DNA of 64,000 bases from assembly GCA_964405295.1 (NCBI GenBank), contig CAYONI010000003.1:5159-69158 (forward strand), written 5' to 3'. Below, piece after piece: positions 49,634-60,298 of this stretch (position 1 is the stretch's first letter; the number at the start of each line of letters is the position of its first letter). This DNA comes from an uncultured Methanosarcinales archaeon (GTDB taxonomy: Archaea > Nanobdellota > Nanobdellia > Woesearchaeales > CAYZNE01). A program made the position numbers and the translations under genes. The notes beneath the pieces were generated by a model. That model was not told the DNA's origin. It ran no database searches and was given only the letters and a program-made list of their open reading frames with translations.

Positions 49634-50701
49634 ATGGTAATTGAAATATATGAATTTATTATTGGGAATGATCCGCAAGAAATACTTAAGCCAGGACAGC
49701 TAGAAAAAATTGTCTATGACAAACACATAGAACTTATTCTTGAATATAACCCTAAAGCAAAAATTGGGAAAGAAACATGGAAAGAACATAATGAAACTAA
49801 CATGGAAAGTGATTATACAACACTGCCTATAAACCAAATGTTACTTGAAATTAATAGATTTCTATCACACTTGCAAGCTGAATCAGGCGAACTAAGTGAA
49901 GAATACAGAGCTAAGGCTGCGTATGAGAAACATTTAGAACAGAGTGTCAAAAGAACACCAATAGTAATGCGTAAACGTGTTGGCATTCAAGTAGTAGAAG
50001 CAGTTATTTTGTCCCCTCCTCCTCCTGATCAACAAGAATTAGAGCTTGTTGAAAAAGCATATGAAATCATCAAAACAGATTTAGATGGAGAAACAAGTAA
50101 ATTTGCAGATAATATAATTTCTGTTAAGAATTTTAGTAAAAAAATATCTATTATACAAGAACTAAGAAAAATGGATTTGACTTACCTTTCAATAACAGAA
50201 GTAGATGAACAATTAATAAAGTTATTCAACGATGAAATTAATACAAAACAACTATTTCAATACATTAATGATCGAAAGCCTAAAATAGAAACAGAACCTG
50301 TAAACAATAGTATAGATATAACAATAAAAATAGATAAAGACAAAATAAAACATGAAAAAGAAAAGCGAATTATAGATGACTATGATTTAACAAATAAAAA
50401 CACGCTTGAAAGATATGCCAATAGTAAAAGATTCCCAAGGGTTCTTACTAGAATAGAACAAGTAGAAAAATTGTTTTCTAAAAAAGGAATAGGAATTAAT
50501 CACGCTTGGAAACTAGTTGATTCCTATCCAGGGCACATTTTATCTTCTGGAAAAGATTGGGATAACTACATTTCTGCAGTAGATTTACATCTCAAAAAAC
50601 ACCCAATTAATGAAAATTCAAAAAGGAACAGAGATGTATTACCAGAAAAAAATATTGGACTTTATAGATCTGTAACTGCACTTAGAAAATATAAGAAATA
50701 A
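49634..50701 (+). CDS. Hypothetical protein
   Basis: 355-aa ORF, no recognised motif. Confidence 0.55.
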   Translation: MVIEIYEFIIGNDPQEILKPGQLEKIVYDKHIELILEYNPKAKIGKETWKEHNETNMESDYTTLPINQMLLEINRFLSHLQAESGELSEEYRAKAAYEKHLEQSVKRTPIVMRKRVGIQVVEAVILSPPPPDQQELELVEKAYEIIKTDLDGETSKFADNIISVKNFSKKISIIQELRKMDLTYLSITEVDEQLIKLFNDEINTKQLFQYINDRKPKIETEPVNNSIDITIKIDKDKIKHEKEKRIIDDYDLTNKNTLERYANSKRFPRVLTRIEQVEKLFSKKGIGINHAWKLVDSYPGHILSSGKDWDNYISAVDLHLKKHPINENSKRNRDVLPEKNIGLYRSVTALRKYKK

Positions 50702-50707
50702 AACAAA

Positions 50708-50747
50708 AAATGCTCAATAACAAATGTTATTGGCACTACTAACTGAA
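50708..50747 (-). repeat. Subfamily A copy 5 (second hairpin decayed)
   Basis: AAATGCTCAATAAC-AAAT-GTTATTGGCAC. Confidence 0.8.
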
Positions 50748-52145
50748 TTAATTCTCATAAAAGACTTTATACGCAAGGAATGAAGAGTAAACATCAACCT
50801 TACTTGTTATCTCAAACGGAGAATGCATTCCAATAACTGGTGGACCAACATCTACTATGTCACAACCATACTCTGCATAATACATAGAGATTGTTCCTCC
50901 ACCACCAAGATCAATTTTTCCATTTTCTCCTGTTTGCCAATTAACTTTATTTTTATCAAACAGAGCCGTTATTTTATGAATATATTCTGCATCAGTATCG
51001 TTAGTAGAATATTTTCCTCCACCGCCGCCATATTTTTCAACAGAAATTCCCCTGCCAAGAATAGAAACATTTGTATGATCCTGTGCATCTTTAAAGTTAG
51101 GGTTTAATGCAGAAGTTACATCTGCACTCAGAAACTCAGCATTCTTCAAAACAGTGTATGCATCTGTTTTTAATTTTAGTTTAGCAAGTAACTCATTTAA
51201 GAAATTAAATAAGAACTTTGATTTTGCTCCTGACTTTCCTTCACTACCAATTTCTTCTTTATCAACAAAAAGTGCTATCGCAGTTTCTTTATTCTTAGAA
51301 TTAAGTAATGCATTTAAAGAAGTATAAGCACAAACTCTATCATCTTGACCATATGCACCGATTAAAGATCTATCAAAACCAATATCTCTTGCTTTTTCTG
51401 CAGGAACAATTTCAAGCTCTGCAGTAACAAAATCTTTTTCAGTTATACCATATTTGTCGTGCAAAAACTTTAAAGCTCTTAACTTAACATGCTCTTTTAT
51501 TTCTTTATCTTCTAAAGGAAGATTACCAATAATAACATTTAAGTCTTCACCAGTAATAAACTTATCAACCTTTTTTTCATATTGCTCTTTTGCAAGATGA
51601 GGTAATAAGTCCGGTATAACAAATACAGAATCTTTATCAGATTCTCCAATTAATATTTGCTTTTTTGTTCCATCTTTAAGTAGAGCAAATCCGTGTATTG
51701 CCAAAGCTCTATTAACCCACTGATACTTTTTTATTCCGCCATAATAGTGTGTTTTTAGAAGAGCTAAATCTGAATCTTCAAACATAGGTTTTGGTTTTAG
51801 ATCTAATCTTGGAGAATCCAAGTGACTTGCAATAACTTTCATTTTATTAAACTTGCCAAGATTAACTAAAACAATATTTTTATTTGTTTTGTAGTAAACC
51901 TTATCTTTTGCAGTTAAAGTTTTAGCTGTTTCAAAGTTTTTGTAACCCTTTGCTTTAGCTATTTTTTCTATTTCTATTACTGCCTCTCTCTCTGTTTTTA
52001 CAATATCAAGAAATTTCTTGTATGGTTCAGAAAAAGCAAAAGCTTTTTTCTCATCAATATGTTTCCATGCAGTTTCCTGTTTGTAAAATAAGAATTCATA
52101 TTTTGATTTTTTCTCTTTTTTAGTTACTTTCTTTTTAGCTGCCAT
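50748..52145 (-). CDS. Aminopeptidase, M18 family
   Basis: SHLDSPRLDLKP, GQDDR, DKEEIGS, GGGTI, MHSP. Confidence 0.93.
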   Translation of the reverse strand: MAAKKKVTKKEKKSKYEFLFYKQETAWKHIDEKKAFAFSEPYKKFLDIVKTEREAVIEIEKIAKAKGYKNFETAKTLTAKDKVYYKTNKNIVLVNLGKFNKMKVIASHLDSPRLDLKPKPMFEDSDLALLKTHYYGGIKKYQWVNRALAIHGFALLKDGTKKQILIGESDKDSVFVIPDLLPHLAKEQYEKKVDKFITGEDLNVIIGNLPLEDKEIKEHVKLRALKFLHDKYGITEKDFVTAELEIVPAEKARDIGFDRSLIGAYGQDDRVCAYTSLNALLNSKNKETAIALFVDKEEIGSEGKSGAKSKFLFNFLNELLAKLKLKTDAYTVLKNAEFLSADVTSALNPNFKDAQDHTNVSILGRGISVEKYGGGGGKYSTNDTDAEYIHKITALFDKNKVNWQTGENGKIDLGGGGTISMYYAEYGCDIVDVGPPVIGMHSPFEITSKVDVYSSFLAYKVFYEN

Positions 52146-52198
52146 AATTATACCTCATGAATAAATATCTATTAAATTAGACTGAACATTTTTAAAAC

Positions 52199-53254
52199 TT
52201 ATGATTTTATGACGATTAATTTCTTAGGAAGCTTAGATGTTAGAACTTCAACACTGTTCTCTTTTATTAAAACATCATCTTCAATCCTTATACCAATACT
52301 GTTTTCTGCATCATAATACCCTGGCTCAATAGTTATAACTTTATCTTTATCTAATATATCTGTTGCAGTTAGAGCAACGAAAGGAGCTTCATGTATTTCT
52401 AAACCAAAACCATGACCCAATGAATGAGTAAAATACTTTTTAGATTCATCGAACAATTCCCGCGCATATCTATCTAAAAGCCCTGCACTCTCCCCAATAG
52501 CATCTTTAGCCTTTTTTATTGATTGTTGCTGCACAAATAAAACTTTCTCATATATTTCTCTTTCTTTCTTAGTGGGATTACCAACAAAAACAGTTCTTGT
52601 TATATCAGAACAATAACCTTGATACTTAACCCCAAAATCAATTATTAAGAACCCTCTTCTTAGTTTAATATCAGTTGAGTGAGCATGAGGTATTGCTGCA
52701 TTCTTCCCTGATGCAACAATAGGAGTAAAAGCGAGAGTGCAATCATTGTTAAAAGTTTCACTTTCTAAGTATCTTTTAATCTGTTTCTCAGATAACAAAC
52801 TCTTGTTTATCTTTTTAATTGTCCTATTAATTATTTTACAGGCAATATTACAAGAAGTTCTGATTTTTCTTATTTCTTCAGCAGTTTTAGTTTGTCTTAA
52901 CTCTGTTAAATATTTAGAAACATCTTTTTTCTTACCTTTTAACTTATTTTTTGTTTGAATAGAAGTTTTTTCATAATTTAAACCAATAGTTTTATTTTTT
53001 ATTACTTGTTTTTTAAAATCTTGAAAAGGTTTTAACAAAAAAGACTTATCTTTTCTATAATTACCAATATCTAAAGGACTTGTATAAATCTTACATTTTC
53101 CGTTTGCAGGAATTACCATTAAGAATTCTGAGCTTGTTCCAGTAAAATATTTTGCATCTATCTTTTCTAGCAAAGTAAAGTCTATATCATTATTTCTTAG
53201 ATATTTTTGTAGAAGTTTAATCTTATTGTGCTTTAGTTTTATAGAAATAGTCAT
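52199..53254 (-). CDS. Xaa-Pro aminopeptidase (M24)
   Basis: DFG...GYCSDITRT, HSLGHG, HE.P, TIEPG, GIRIEDD. Confidence 0.93.
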   Translation of the reverse strand: MTISIKLKHNKIKLLQKYLRNNDIDFTLLEKIDAKYFTGTSSEFLMVIPANGKCKIYTSPLDIGNYRKDKSFLLKPFQDFKKQVIKNKTIGLNYEKTSIQTKNKLKGKKKDVSKYLTELRQTKTAEEIRKIRTSCNIACKIINRTIKKINKSLLSEKQIKRYLESETFNNDCTLAFTPIVASGKNAAIPHAHSTDIKLRRGFLIIDFGVKYQGYCSDITRTVFVGNPTKKEREIYEKVLFVQQQSIKKAKDAIGESAGLLDRYARELFDESKKYFTHSLGHGFGLEIHEAPFVALTATDILDKDKVITIEPGYYDAENSIGIRIEDDVLIKENSVEVLTSKLPKKLIVIKS

Positions 53255-53285
53255 TTTAAAAAAAATAAATAATTAAAAGAAGATA

Positions 53286-53549
53286 TTAAACTATATCTTC
53301 CTCTGCAATAACCATAAAATCTCCCATAGCAATGACTGCACTGAAAGGTATTAACATTTTACCTTCTTTTGTTTTTTCAAGATCAAGTTTTTCAGTGTAA
53401 GTAGTAGGATTAGCAACAACCATATGGATTAACTCTCCACTCTTTGTTTCGAAGATTACATCACCAACTTCACCAAATCTCTTACCTGTTTTAGAAACAA
53501 TAGTTTTTCCTATTACGTCTTTTGAAAATTTTTTCTCATTATCTGCCAT
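53286..53549 (-). CDS. PRC-barrel protein
   Basis: IGKTIVSKTGKRFGEVGDV, IPFSAVIAMGD. Confidence 0.88.
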   Translation of the reverse strand: MADNEKKFSKDVIGKTIVSKTGKRFGEVGDVIFETKSGELIHMVVANPTTYTEKLDLEKTKEGKMLIPFSAVIAMGDFMVIAEEDIV

Positions 53550-53709
53550 TTAAATTACCCCTCATAAGGTTTATAATCATTATATAAACTGCTTTTATAA
53601 ATATTATGATATAATTAACTGAGACCTCCTAGTATATAAATATTGCGTTTAAAAATATTAAAATGCACCCTAAACCTTTATAAATCACTTAAATTCACTA
53701 TAAACTATT

Positions 53710-54834
53710 ATGAACCAAAAAGAAACAGATTATCAGCTGAATGCAAAAGAGAGAAGAAAGCTTAAAGATTTTGTAAAAGAGCTAAGCCAATATAAAGGTA
53801 GGCATACAGAGTTGGTATCTGTTTATGTGCCTCATGGCTATGACCTAAATAAGATAAACCAACATTTAGAACAAGAAAAAGATACTGCTAGTAACATTAA
53901 ATCTGCTTCAAACAGAAAAAATGTTCAAGATGCACTAGAAAAAATGGTTCAACATCTAAAAGCAGTTATCATAAGAACACCGCCTCACGGGCTTGCTATT
54001 TTTGCAGGAAACATTGCTGGAAGAGAAGGACAACAAGACTTTAAAGTTTGGGCAATAGAACCACCTGCACCAATGAATCAGCGATTATACAGGTGTGATA
54101 AAGAGTTTATCCTTGATCCATTAAAAGAAATGATAGATGATAAAAATGAGTATGGATTAGTTGTCCTAGATGGCAGAGACGCAACAATTGCAATACTAAG
54201 AGGAAAAACAATAATCCCAATAAAATCCACTCATTCTGAAGTTCCAGGAAAAATGAGGGCAGGTGGACAGTCTGCACCGAGATTTCAAAGATTAAGGGCA
54301 GGAGCACTAAATGATCATTTCAAAAAGATTGCAGGTTATATGAAAGATGAATTTTTACCAAGACAATATCTAAAAGGGATAATTCTTGGTGGACCAGGAA
54401 CAACTGTTAATAACTTTCTAAATAAAAATCATATAACTGGAGATGTTCAAAAAAAAATTCTTGGCGTAAAAGATTTATCATATACTGGGGAATTTGGTTT
54501 GCGTGAACTGGTTGAAAAAGCAGAGGACATACTTGCAAAAGAGGATATTATCAGAGAAAAAAAGTTAATGAAACAATTCTTTTTATTACTATCAACAGAA
54601 GAAGGTAAAGTTGCATATGGAAAGGATAAGGTTATGGAACTAATTAAAGAAGGAATTGCAGACACAGTTGTTATTTCTGATGTAGTTGACGAAAAAGTCA
54701 TTGATGAATTTGAAATTGAAGGGGAGAAAATGGGGACAAAAGTCGAAGTTATCTCCACAGAAACAACAGAGGGAGTTCAATTAAAAAACATGGGTAAGTT
54801 TGTTGCAATCCTAAGATATAATGTTGAGAAATAA
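53710..54834 (+). CDS. prf1: Peptide chain release factor aRF1
   Basis: TASNIKS, YRCD, AGGQSA. Confidence 0.96.
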   Translation: MNQKETDYQLNAKERRKLKDFVKELSQYKGRHTELVSVYVPHGYDLNKINQHLEQEKDTASNIKSASNRKNVQDALEKMVQHLKAVIIRTPPHGLAIFAGNIAGREGQQDFKVWAIEPPAPMNQRLYRCDKEFILDPLKEMIDDKNEYGLVVLDGRDATIAILRGKTIIPIKSTHSEVPGKMRAGGQSAPRFQRLRAGALNDHFKKIAGYMKDEFLPRQYLKGIILGGPGTTVNNFLNKNHITGDVQKKILGVKDLSYTGEFGLRELVEKAEDILAKEDIIREKKLMKQFFLLLSTEEGKVAYGKDKVMELIKEGIADTVVISDVVDEKVIDEFEIEGEKMGTKVEVISTETTEGVQLKNMGKFVAILRYNVEK

Positions 54835-54835
54835 A

Positions 54836-55231
54836 ATGCTTAAAGAAATCTTAAAATATGATACACAAAGTAAAATCGGTTCTGTTGAATTTTACGATGA
54901 AAATTCTAAAATTGGCTCTTGTGGGTTTAAAATTAATAAAAATGATGTTTATCTTGCTACAGAAGAAGAGACTATGCTACTTGTAAATCCCGAACATAGA
55001 CATCAAGGATTTGGCCAAAAATTAATAACTCGTGCAATAGATACTGCATTAAAATATGTTCAAAATCGAGATGAGAAAGCAAGAATTATCAGAGAAATAG
55101 CAACTTGGAACTCAAAGGGAAAACAAATTATTGAACAAGCAGGATTTAAAGAAATTAAAGATAATGAAGATTATGATCCTGGAAATAGTTCAATAACTAT
55201 TTATCAAAAAATGTTTAATATTCAAGATTGA
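54836..55231 (+). CDS. GNAT acetyltransferase
   Basis: VNPEHRHQGFG, N......EQAGF. Confidence 0.82.
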   Translation: MLKEILKYDTQSKIGSVEFYDENSKIGSCGFKINKNDVYLATEEETMLLVNPEHRHQGFGQKLITRAIDTALKYVQNRDEKARIIREIATWNSKGKQIIEQAGFKEIKDNEDYDPGNSSITIYQKMFNIQD

Positions 55232-55232
55232 A

Positions 55233-55898
55233 ATGATGAACTCAAAAAACATAATTCAAAGAGCCCTTGAACTATTTCCTGAAAGAAATGAATCAAGAAA
55301 TATTGAAATAAAACTTTCTAGAGCATTTAAAGGGTATAATGCAAATTGCGCATATACTTCACATAAAATTCAATTTCGTCTAAGTTATGAATGGAAAGAG
55401 GTTAGTGAAGAGATACTAATTGGTTTAATCCAAGAGTTACTAAACAGGGTTTACAAAAAGAAGAAACATTCTTATAATATTGATATATATAATGACTATA
55501 TTAAAAAATCTAGTTCCTATAGTAAAACTGTAAAAGTTGATCAAGAGCTAAAAGAATGCTTTGACAGGATCAATAAAGAATATTTTAATGAAATGATTGA
55601 TACACCAAATTTAGTTTGGTCTCCTCCTTCATTCAGCAAATTAGGAAGTTATGATTTTATGACAAACACAATTGCAATTAGCAAAATTCTTATTGAAGAG
55701 CAATACTTACTTGATTATGTAATGTACCATGAAATATTACACAAGAAAATGCAGTATGCAAATTCTAAAGGTAATAAAAGATATCATACAAAAGAGTTTA
55801 GAGAAAAAGAAGCAGCTTTCAAAGTTCCTAATGTTGAGAAGAAGCTTGAAGACTTCTTGAAAAAGAAAAAGTTAAAAAGGTTGTTTAGTTTCAGGTAG
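55233..55898 (+). CDS. SprT/YgjP-like zinc metallopeptidase
   Basis: LGSY, YVMYHEILH, H..EF. Confidence 0.8.
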   Translation: MMNSKNIIQRALELFPERNESRNIEIKLSRAFKGYNANCAYTSHKIQFRLSYEWKEVSEEILIGLIQELLNRVYKKKKHSYNIDIYNDYIKKSSSYSKTVKVDQELKECFDRINKEYFNEMIDTPNLVWSPPSFSKLGSYDFMTNTIAISKILIEEQYLLDYVMYHEILHKKMQYANSKGNKRYHTKEFREKEAAFKVPNVEKKLEDFLKKKKLKRLFSFR

Positions 55899-55903
55899 AT
55901 AAT

Positions 55904-57112
55904 ATGTTAATCGGAGTCGTAGGAAAAGCAAATGTAGGAAAAAGCACCTTTTTTAAAGCTGCAACACTCATGGATATTGAAATAGCTAATTATCCTTTTG
56001 CAACTATCAAACCAAACCATGGTGTTGGATTTATCAAGATAAGTGATGCTGCAAAAGAATTTGGGAAAACAGCTAATCCTAGAGAAGGATTTGTTCTAGA
56101 CAAATATAGATTTGTAACTGTTGACATGATTGATGTTGCAGGATTAGTTCCTGGTGCTCACGAAGGCAAAGGGATGGGTTCTCAATTCCTGGACGACCTT
56201 AGACAGGCAGATGCACTTATTCACGTTATAGATGTCTCTGGCTCAACAAATGAAAAAGGTGAACCAATAGAAGCTGGAAGTTATGATCCTGCAAAGGATG
56301 TTAAATTTCTAGAAGAAGAACTTGATTTTTGGTATCTTTCAATCCTTAAAAAAGGGTGGGAGAAATTTGCAAGACAAGTGCAACAAGAACATTCTGAGCT
56401 ACACAAGGCTCTTGCTAAACAATTGTCTGGACTAGGTGTTAGCGAGGACATGATTAAACAAGGAATAAAGCAATTAAATCTAAATGCAGAACAAGTAACT
56501 AAATGGGAAGAAAAAGATCTATTTAAACTATCTGCATACCTAAGAAAAATAACAAAACCAATGATTATTGCAGCTAATAAAATAGATATTCCGGGTGCAA
56601 TTGATAATTATAATAACTTAAGAGATCAATTTCCCAATCATGTAATCATCCCCTGCTCTGCAGAATCAGAACTTGCATTAAAAGAAGCTGCAAAACATCA
56701 ATTAATAAATTATATTCCTGGAGAAAAAGATTTTTCTATTACAGAACAGGGAGAAACTAAACTTAATGATAAACAGAAAACTGCACTCAATTTTATTAAA
56801 GAGAATATTCTCGGAGTTTACACAGAAGGAACTGGAGTCCAAAGCATATTGAATAATGTTGTCTTTGATATTCTAAAATATATTGCAATTCACCCTGGCG
56901 GCGTAAATAAATTAGAAGATCAGAATGGAAATGTTCTACCTGATTGTTTCTTAATGAAACAAGGTTCAACTGCACTAGACTTTGCATATAAACTGCACAC
57001 AGACTTTGGTAAAAACTTTATTCGATGTATTGACGTGAAAACAAAGATAACCCATGGTAAAGACCATGTTCTTAAGAATCTAGATATTATTGAGATTGCA
57101 GCTGGTAGATAA
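55904..57112 (+). CDS. ychF: Obg-family YchF-like NTPase with TGS domain
   Basis: GKANVGKST, NYPFATI, DVAGLV, ANKID. Confidence 0.9.
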   Translation: MLIGVVGKANVGKSTFFKAATLMDIEIANYPFATIKPNHGVGFIKISDAAKEFGKTANPREGFVLDKYRFVTVDMIDVAGLVPGAHEGKGMGSQFLDDLRQADALIHVIDVSGSTNEKGEPIEAGSYDPAKDVKFLEEELDFWYLSILKKGWEKFARQVQQEHSELHKALAKQLSGLGVSEDMIKQGIKQLNLNAEQVTKWEEKDLFKLSAYLRKITKPMIIAANKIDIPGAIDNYNNLRDQFPNHVIIPCSAESELALKEAAKHQLINYIPGEKDFSITEQGETKLNDKQKTALNFIKENILGVYTEGTGVQSILNNVVFDILKYIAIHPGGVNKLEDQNGNVLPDCFLMKQGSTALDFAYKLHTDFGKNFIRCIDVKTKITHGKDHVLKNLDIIEIAAGR

Positions 57113-57120
57113 AAAAATTA

Positions 57121-57166
57121 AAATGCTCAATAATTTAACAATTTATTGGCACCGGAAAAATCGGAA
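57121..57166 (-). repeat. Subfamily A copy 6
   Basis: AAATGCTCAATAA...TTATTGGCACCGGAAAAATCGGAA; abuts a stop codon. Confidence 0.85.
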
Positions 57167-57757
57167 TTATTCCTTAATCAACTTATACTTCTTAAGAAAC
57201 TCTCTGTAAACTATGAAGTCTTCAGAGTTCTTGAATTCAGCTTTCTCTTTTGCAGGAAGTTTTTCTAACCACTTATTAAGAGATTGAAAGGTTTTCTTTG
57301 TATCCTCAATAACATTTGAAGTATCACCATACAATTGAGCTTCAATTAATTCTTCATCAATATCTTCAGATGCAAGTTTTCTAGGAAATAACCTACTAAA
57401 GAATCTCATTAAAGAACTTTCAGTTTGTCTTTCGATTTCATCAAAATCCTCTTCAAAATCTTCTTCAGCAATAGCTGTTTCAATAGGAACATCTTCTTCA
57501 TACTGCTCTTCTAATTCCATAACATCTGTGGTTTTATTTCTTTTGAAAAGGGATATTAAGAATTTTTTAAATCCCCCTTCTTGTTTTTCTTCAATAATTA
57601 TTTCATCATCAGGAAGATTATTAATATTAGTTGAAGAGCTAGAAACCTTTGCACTGCCATTAGAATAATCAACAGGATCAGTTCTTTTCTTTCTAATCTT
57701 TCTCAAATAATTATCCATATCTAAGTTAAATTCTGAATTTGCCATTATATTAAACAC
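57167..57757 (-). CDS. Acidic hypothetical protein
   Basis: ORF ending EFKNSEDF..Y...L.KY.LIK; start may be 57745. Confidence 0.65.
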   Translation of the reverse strand: MFNIMANSEFNLDMDNYLRKIRKKRTDPVDYSNGSAKVSSSSTNINNLPDDEIIIEEKQEGGFKKFLISLFKRNKTTDVMELEEQYEEDVPIETAIAEEDFEEDFDEIERQTESSLMRFFSRLFPRKLASEDIDEELIEAQLYGDTSNVIEDTKKTFQSLNKWLEKLPAKEKAEFKNSEDFIVYREFLKKYKLIKE

Positions 57758-57775
57758 CCCAAAATATGATAAATT

Positions 57776-57856
57776 AACACAAAAACCTAAGATTTTTGGT
57801 CATTACAATTTGAATCCTACAACAAACTGTGAAGTATTAAACTCAAGTTGTAATAA
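57776..57856 (+). repeat. Subfamily B element
   Basis: AACACAAAAACCTAAGATTTTTG-GTC-ATTACAATTTGA...TCAAGTTGTAAT-AA. Confidence 0.78.
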
Positions 57857-57986
57857 AAAATTAATTAATTTCTTTAAAAAGTTTTATATAAAAATAAATG
57901 TGAACACTGGGATTCATACTTAGAAATAAAAGATTCCTGGCAGGTCTTCACAGACGCACTCCTTTCGAATCCCAAAGGATTCAAAA

Positions 57987-58060
57987 TGGGGACGGAGGGA
58001 TTCGAACCCCCATCCGAGGCTCTGGAGGCCACTATTCTAGCCAGATTATACTACGTCCCC
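57987..58060 (-). tRNA. tRNA-Trp(CCA), intronless
   Basis: GGGGACG/CGTCCCC, GTGGC-CT-CCA-GA-GCCTC (one U-U mismatch), TTCGAAT. Confidence 0.9.
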
Positions 58061-58160
58061 AAATATAACACAATAAAGAAAATCTTGTCCTTTTTAAAAC
58101 TTACTCGTATTTAACAATAATAACCTTTAAAAAGCATTTATTCTTCTTAAACTTAAGCAA

Positions 58161-58244
58161 GTGGGAGTGCCGGAGTGGTCAAACGGGCGGGACTCAAAAT
58201 CCCGTGGCTTAGTGCCTACGGGGGTTCGAAACCCTTCTCCCACA
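58161..58244 (+). tRNA. tRNA-Leu(CAA)
   Basis: GTGGGAG/CTCCCAC, CGGGA-CT-CAA-AA-TCCCG, long variable arm. Confidence 0.93.
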
Positions 58245-58337
58245 TATTACTCTTTTAAAGCACTATTCTATAGAAATCTTTATATATAACAGGCCATTTA
58301 ATAGACTATATTACAATTACAATTGGGGGTATAAATT

Positions 58338-59072
58338 ATGAAATTAACACTTGCTGAACCAAGACTATTAAAAGACAGTATTTCTATTATCGCAGACCTT
58401 GTTACAGAAGCGCAGTTTAAAATAACACCAGATTCCATGGAACTGGTTGCAATGGACCCTGCTAGTGTGGCAATGGTTACATTTAAACTTTTAAGTAGTT
58501 GCTTTGAAGAATACGATGTTAAAGAAGAACAAGTTATTGCTCTAAACCTGAACAATGTAAAACAGGTTTTGAGAAGAGCAACAAATTGCAAGATAACTTT
58601 AGAACTTGTGGAAGGACATCTAAAATTTATAATGAAAGGAAGAAGCACAAAAACATTTATGCTTCCATTAATTGAGTTAGATGAAAACGAAAAGAAAATT
58701 CCTAGTCTAAACTTTGATGCAACTATTGTTATAGAATCAGGAGTTCTAACAGAAGCAATTGAAGACATGGATATTATTGGAGAAAGTATCAGCTTAGAAG
58801 TTGATAATAATTTATTCAAAGTTTCAAGTAAAGGAGATTTAAGTAAGGCAGATGTAGAAATTAAATCAGATGCAAATACCAAGATTGTCTCAGAAAAAAA
58901 GCTTAAGAGCAAATACTCAATTGAGTATCTTAAGAAAATGATTCAAGGTTCAAAACTTGCACCACAAGCAACAATGCAATTTTCAAATGATTATCCACTG
59001 AGACTTGAATACAAAGTTCTTAACAAATTACAATTAGTTTTTATTCTTGCTCCAAGAGTTGAGAATGATTAA
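58338..59072 (+). CDS. pcn: DNA sliding clamp PCNA
   Basis: AMDPASVAMV, SKYSIEYL, DYPLRLEY, LAPRVE. Confidence 0.96.
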   Translation: MKLTLAEPRLLKDSISIIADLVTEAQFKITPDSMELVAMDPASVAMVTFKLLSSCFEEYDVKEEQVIALNLNNVKQVLRRATNCKITLELVEGHLKFIMKGRSTKTFMLPLIELDENEKKIPSLNFDATIVIESGVLTEAIEDMDIIGESISLEVDNNLFKVSSKGDLSKADVEIKSDANTKIVSEKKLKSKYSIEYLKKMIQGSKLAPQATMQFSNDYPLRLEYKVLNKLQLVFILAPRVEND

Positions 59073-59098
59073 ATAAAAAATAAGGGTGTGTAAAAAAA

Positions 59099-59443
59099 AT
59101 GGTAGAAAACAAACAAACAAAAGAAATTGAAGAAGGAAAAGTATTTGCGTTTCTAGGAGTATTTCTAAGTATTGTAGGATTTGTTATTGCAATACTCGCA
59201 AAAAAAGAAAATAAATATGTAATGTACTACGCGAAACAAGGACTAGTATTATTTATTGCATACATAGTTGGATGGGTAATTACATTATTAATCGGATGGA
59301 TCCCAGTTATAGGATGGATAATCACAGGCATAATATGGATACTGTTATTCCTAATGTGGCTTATTGGATGGATTAATGCTCTTTCAGGTAAACAAAAACC
59401 ATTAATTATACTTGGAGACCTGGGCGAAAAGTTCAAAATATAA
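59099..59443 (+). CDS. DUF4870 membrane protein
   Basis: YYAKQGLVLF, IPVIGW, NALSG..KPL. Confidence 0.85.
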   Translation: MVENKQTKEIEEGKVFAFLGVFLSIVGFVIAILAKKENKYVMYYAKQGLVLFIAYIVGWVITLLIGWIPVIGWIITGIIWILLFLMWLIGWINALSGKQKPLIILGDLGEKFKI

Positions 59444-59499
59444 TCTTAAAAGATTATTTTTTTTATTATTTTATTATTATCACAAAAAAGAGGTGTAAC

Positions 59500-60288
59500 A
59501 TGATAATCCCTAGATTAAGTAATTTAATGACAAATGGCAAAGCATTATTTCTTGCATACGACCAAGGCCTAGAACATGGTCCTGGAGATTTCAATCTGAA
59601 AAACGTTGATCCAAAATACATTCTAGATATTGCACTAGAAGGAAAATATGACGGAATAATACTGGAACATGGTGTTGCAGAGAAATATTATCACGGAGCT
59701 TACAAAGATGTTCCTTTAATTATTAAACTTAATAGTAAAAGCTCACTTACACATATTAGCCCTATTGCAAAACAGATATGCAGTGTTAAAAGAGCAGTGC
59801 AACTTGGAGCAAAAGCAGTAGGATTTGTTATCTATGATGGAAGCAAGCAAGAACCTGAAATGTTTGAAACTTTTGGAAGAATAGTTGAAGAAGCTCACGA
59901 TTTAGGAATACCTGTTATTGCATGGATGTATCCAAGAGGAGATGCAATTCAGAATGAACTTTCTACAGAAATTCTTGCATACAGTGCGCGTATTGGATTA
60001 GAGTTAGGTGCAGATATTGTTAAAATAAAATATAATGATGACCCTGAAGGATTCAAGTGGGTTGTTAGGAATGCAGGACTAACTAAAGTTGTTGTTGCAG
60101 GCGGAAGCAAAAGGCCTGATCCAGAATTCTTGAAGATGGCTCAAGATGTTATGATTAGTGGTGCTTCAGGTATTGCAGTTGGTAGAAATGTTTGGCAGTC
60201 AGAAAATCCATTTGCACTAAGCAAAGCTCTTAGAGAAATTGTTCATGGCGGAAAGAGTACAGATGAAGTTATGCATTACTTAGAGTAA
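59500..60288 (+). CDS. Class I (DhnA-type) fructose-bisphosphate aldolase
   Basis: AYDQGLEHGP, WMYPRG, ELGADIVK, AGG, GRNVWQ. Confidence 0.93.
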   Translation: MIIPRLSNLMTNGKALFLAYDQGLEHGPGDFNLKNVDPKYILDIALEGKYDGIILEHGVAEKYYHGAYKDVPLIIKLNSKSSLTHISPIAKQICSVKRAVQLGAKAVGFVIYDGSKQEPEMFETFGRIVEEAHDLGIPVIAWMYPRGDAIQNELSTEILAYSARIGLELGADIVKIKYNDDPEGFKWVVRNAGLTKVVVAGGSKRPDPEFLKMAQDVMISGASGIAVGRNVWQSENPFALSKALREIVHGGKSTDEVMHYLE

Positions 60289-60298
60289 AAGAAAACAA

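Noticed and set aside
57935..57965. Cobalamin riboswitch, SRP or 5S identity for GAAGACCTGCCAGG
   Set aside because: Only short motif resemblance; the rest of each consensus is missing.
58298..58912. 204-aa antisense ORF and similar short antisense ORFs across the window
   Set aside because: Shadows of well-supported genes such as PCNA, with no motifs of their own.
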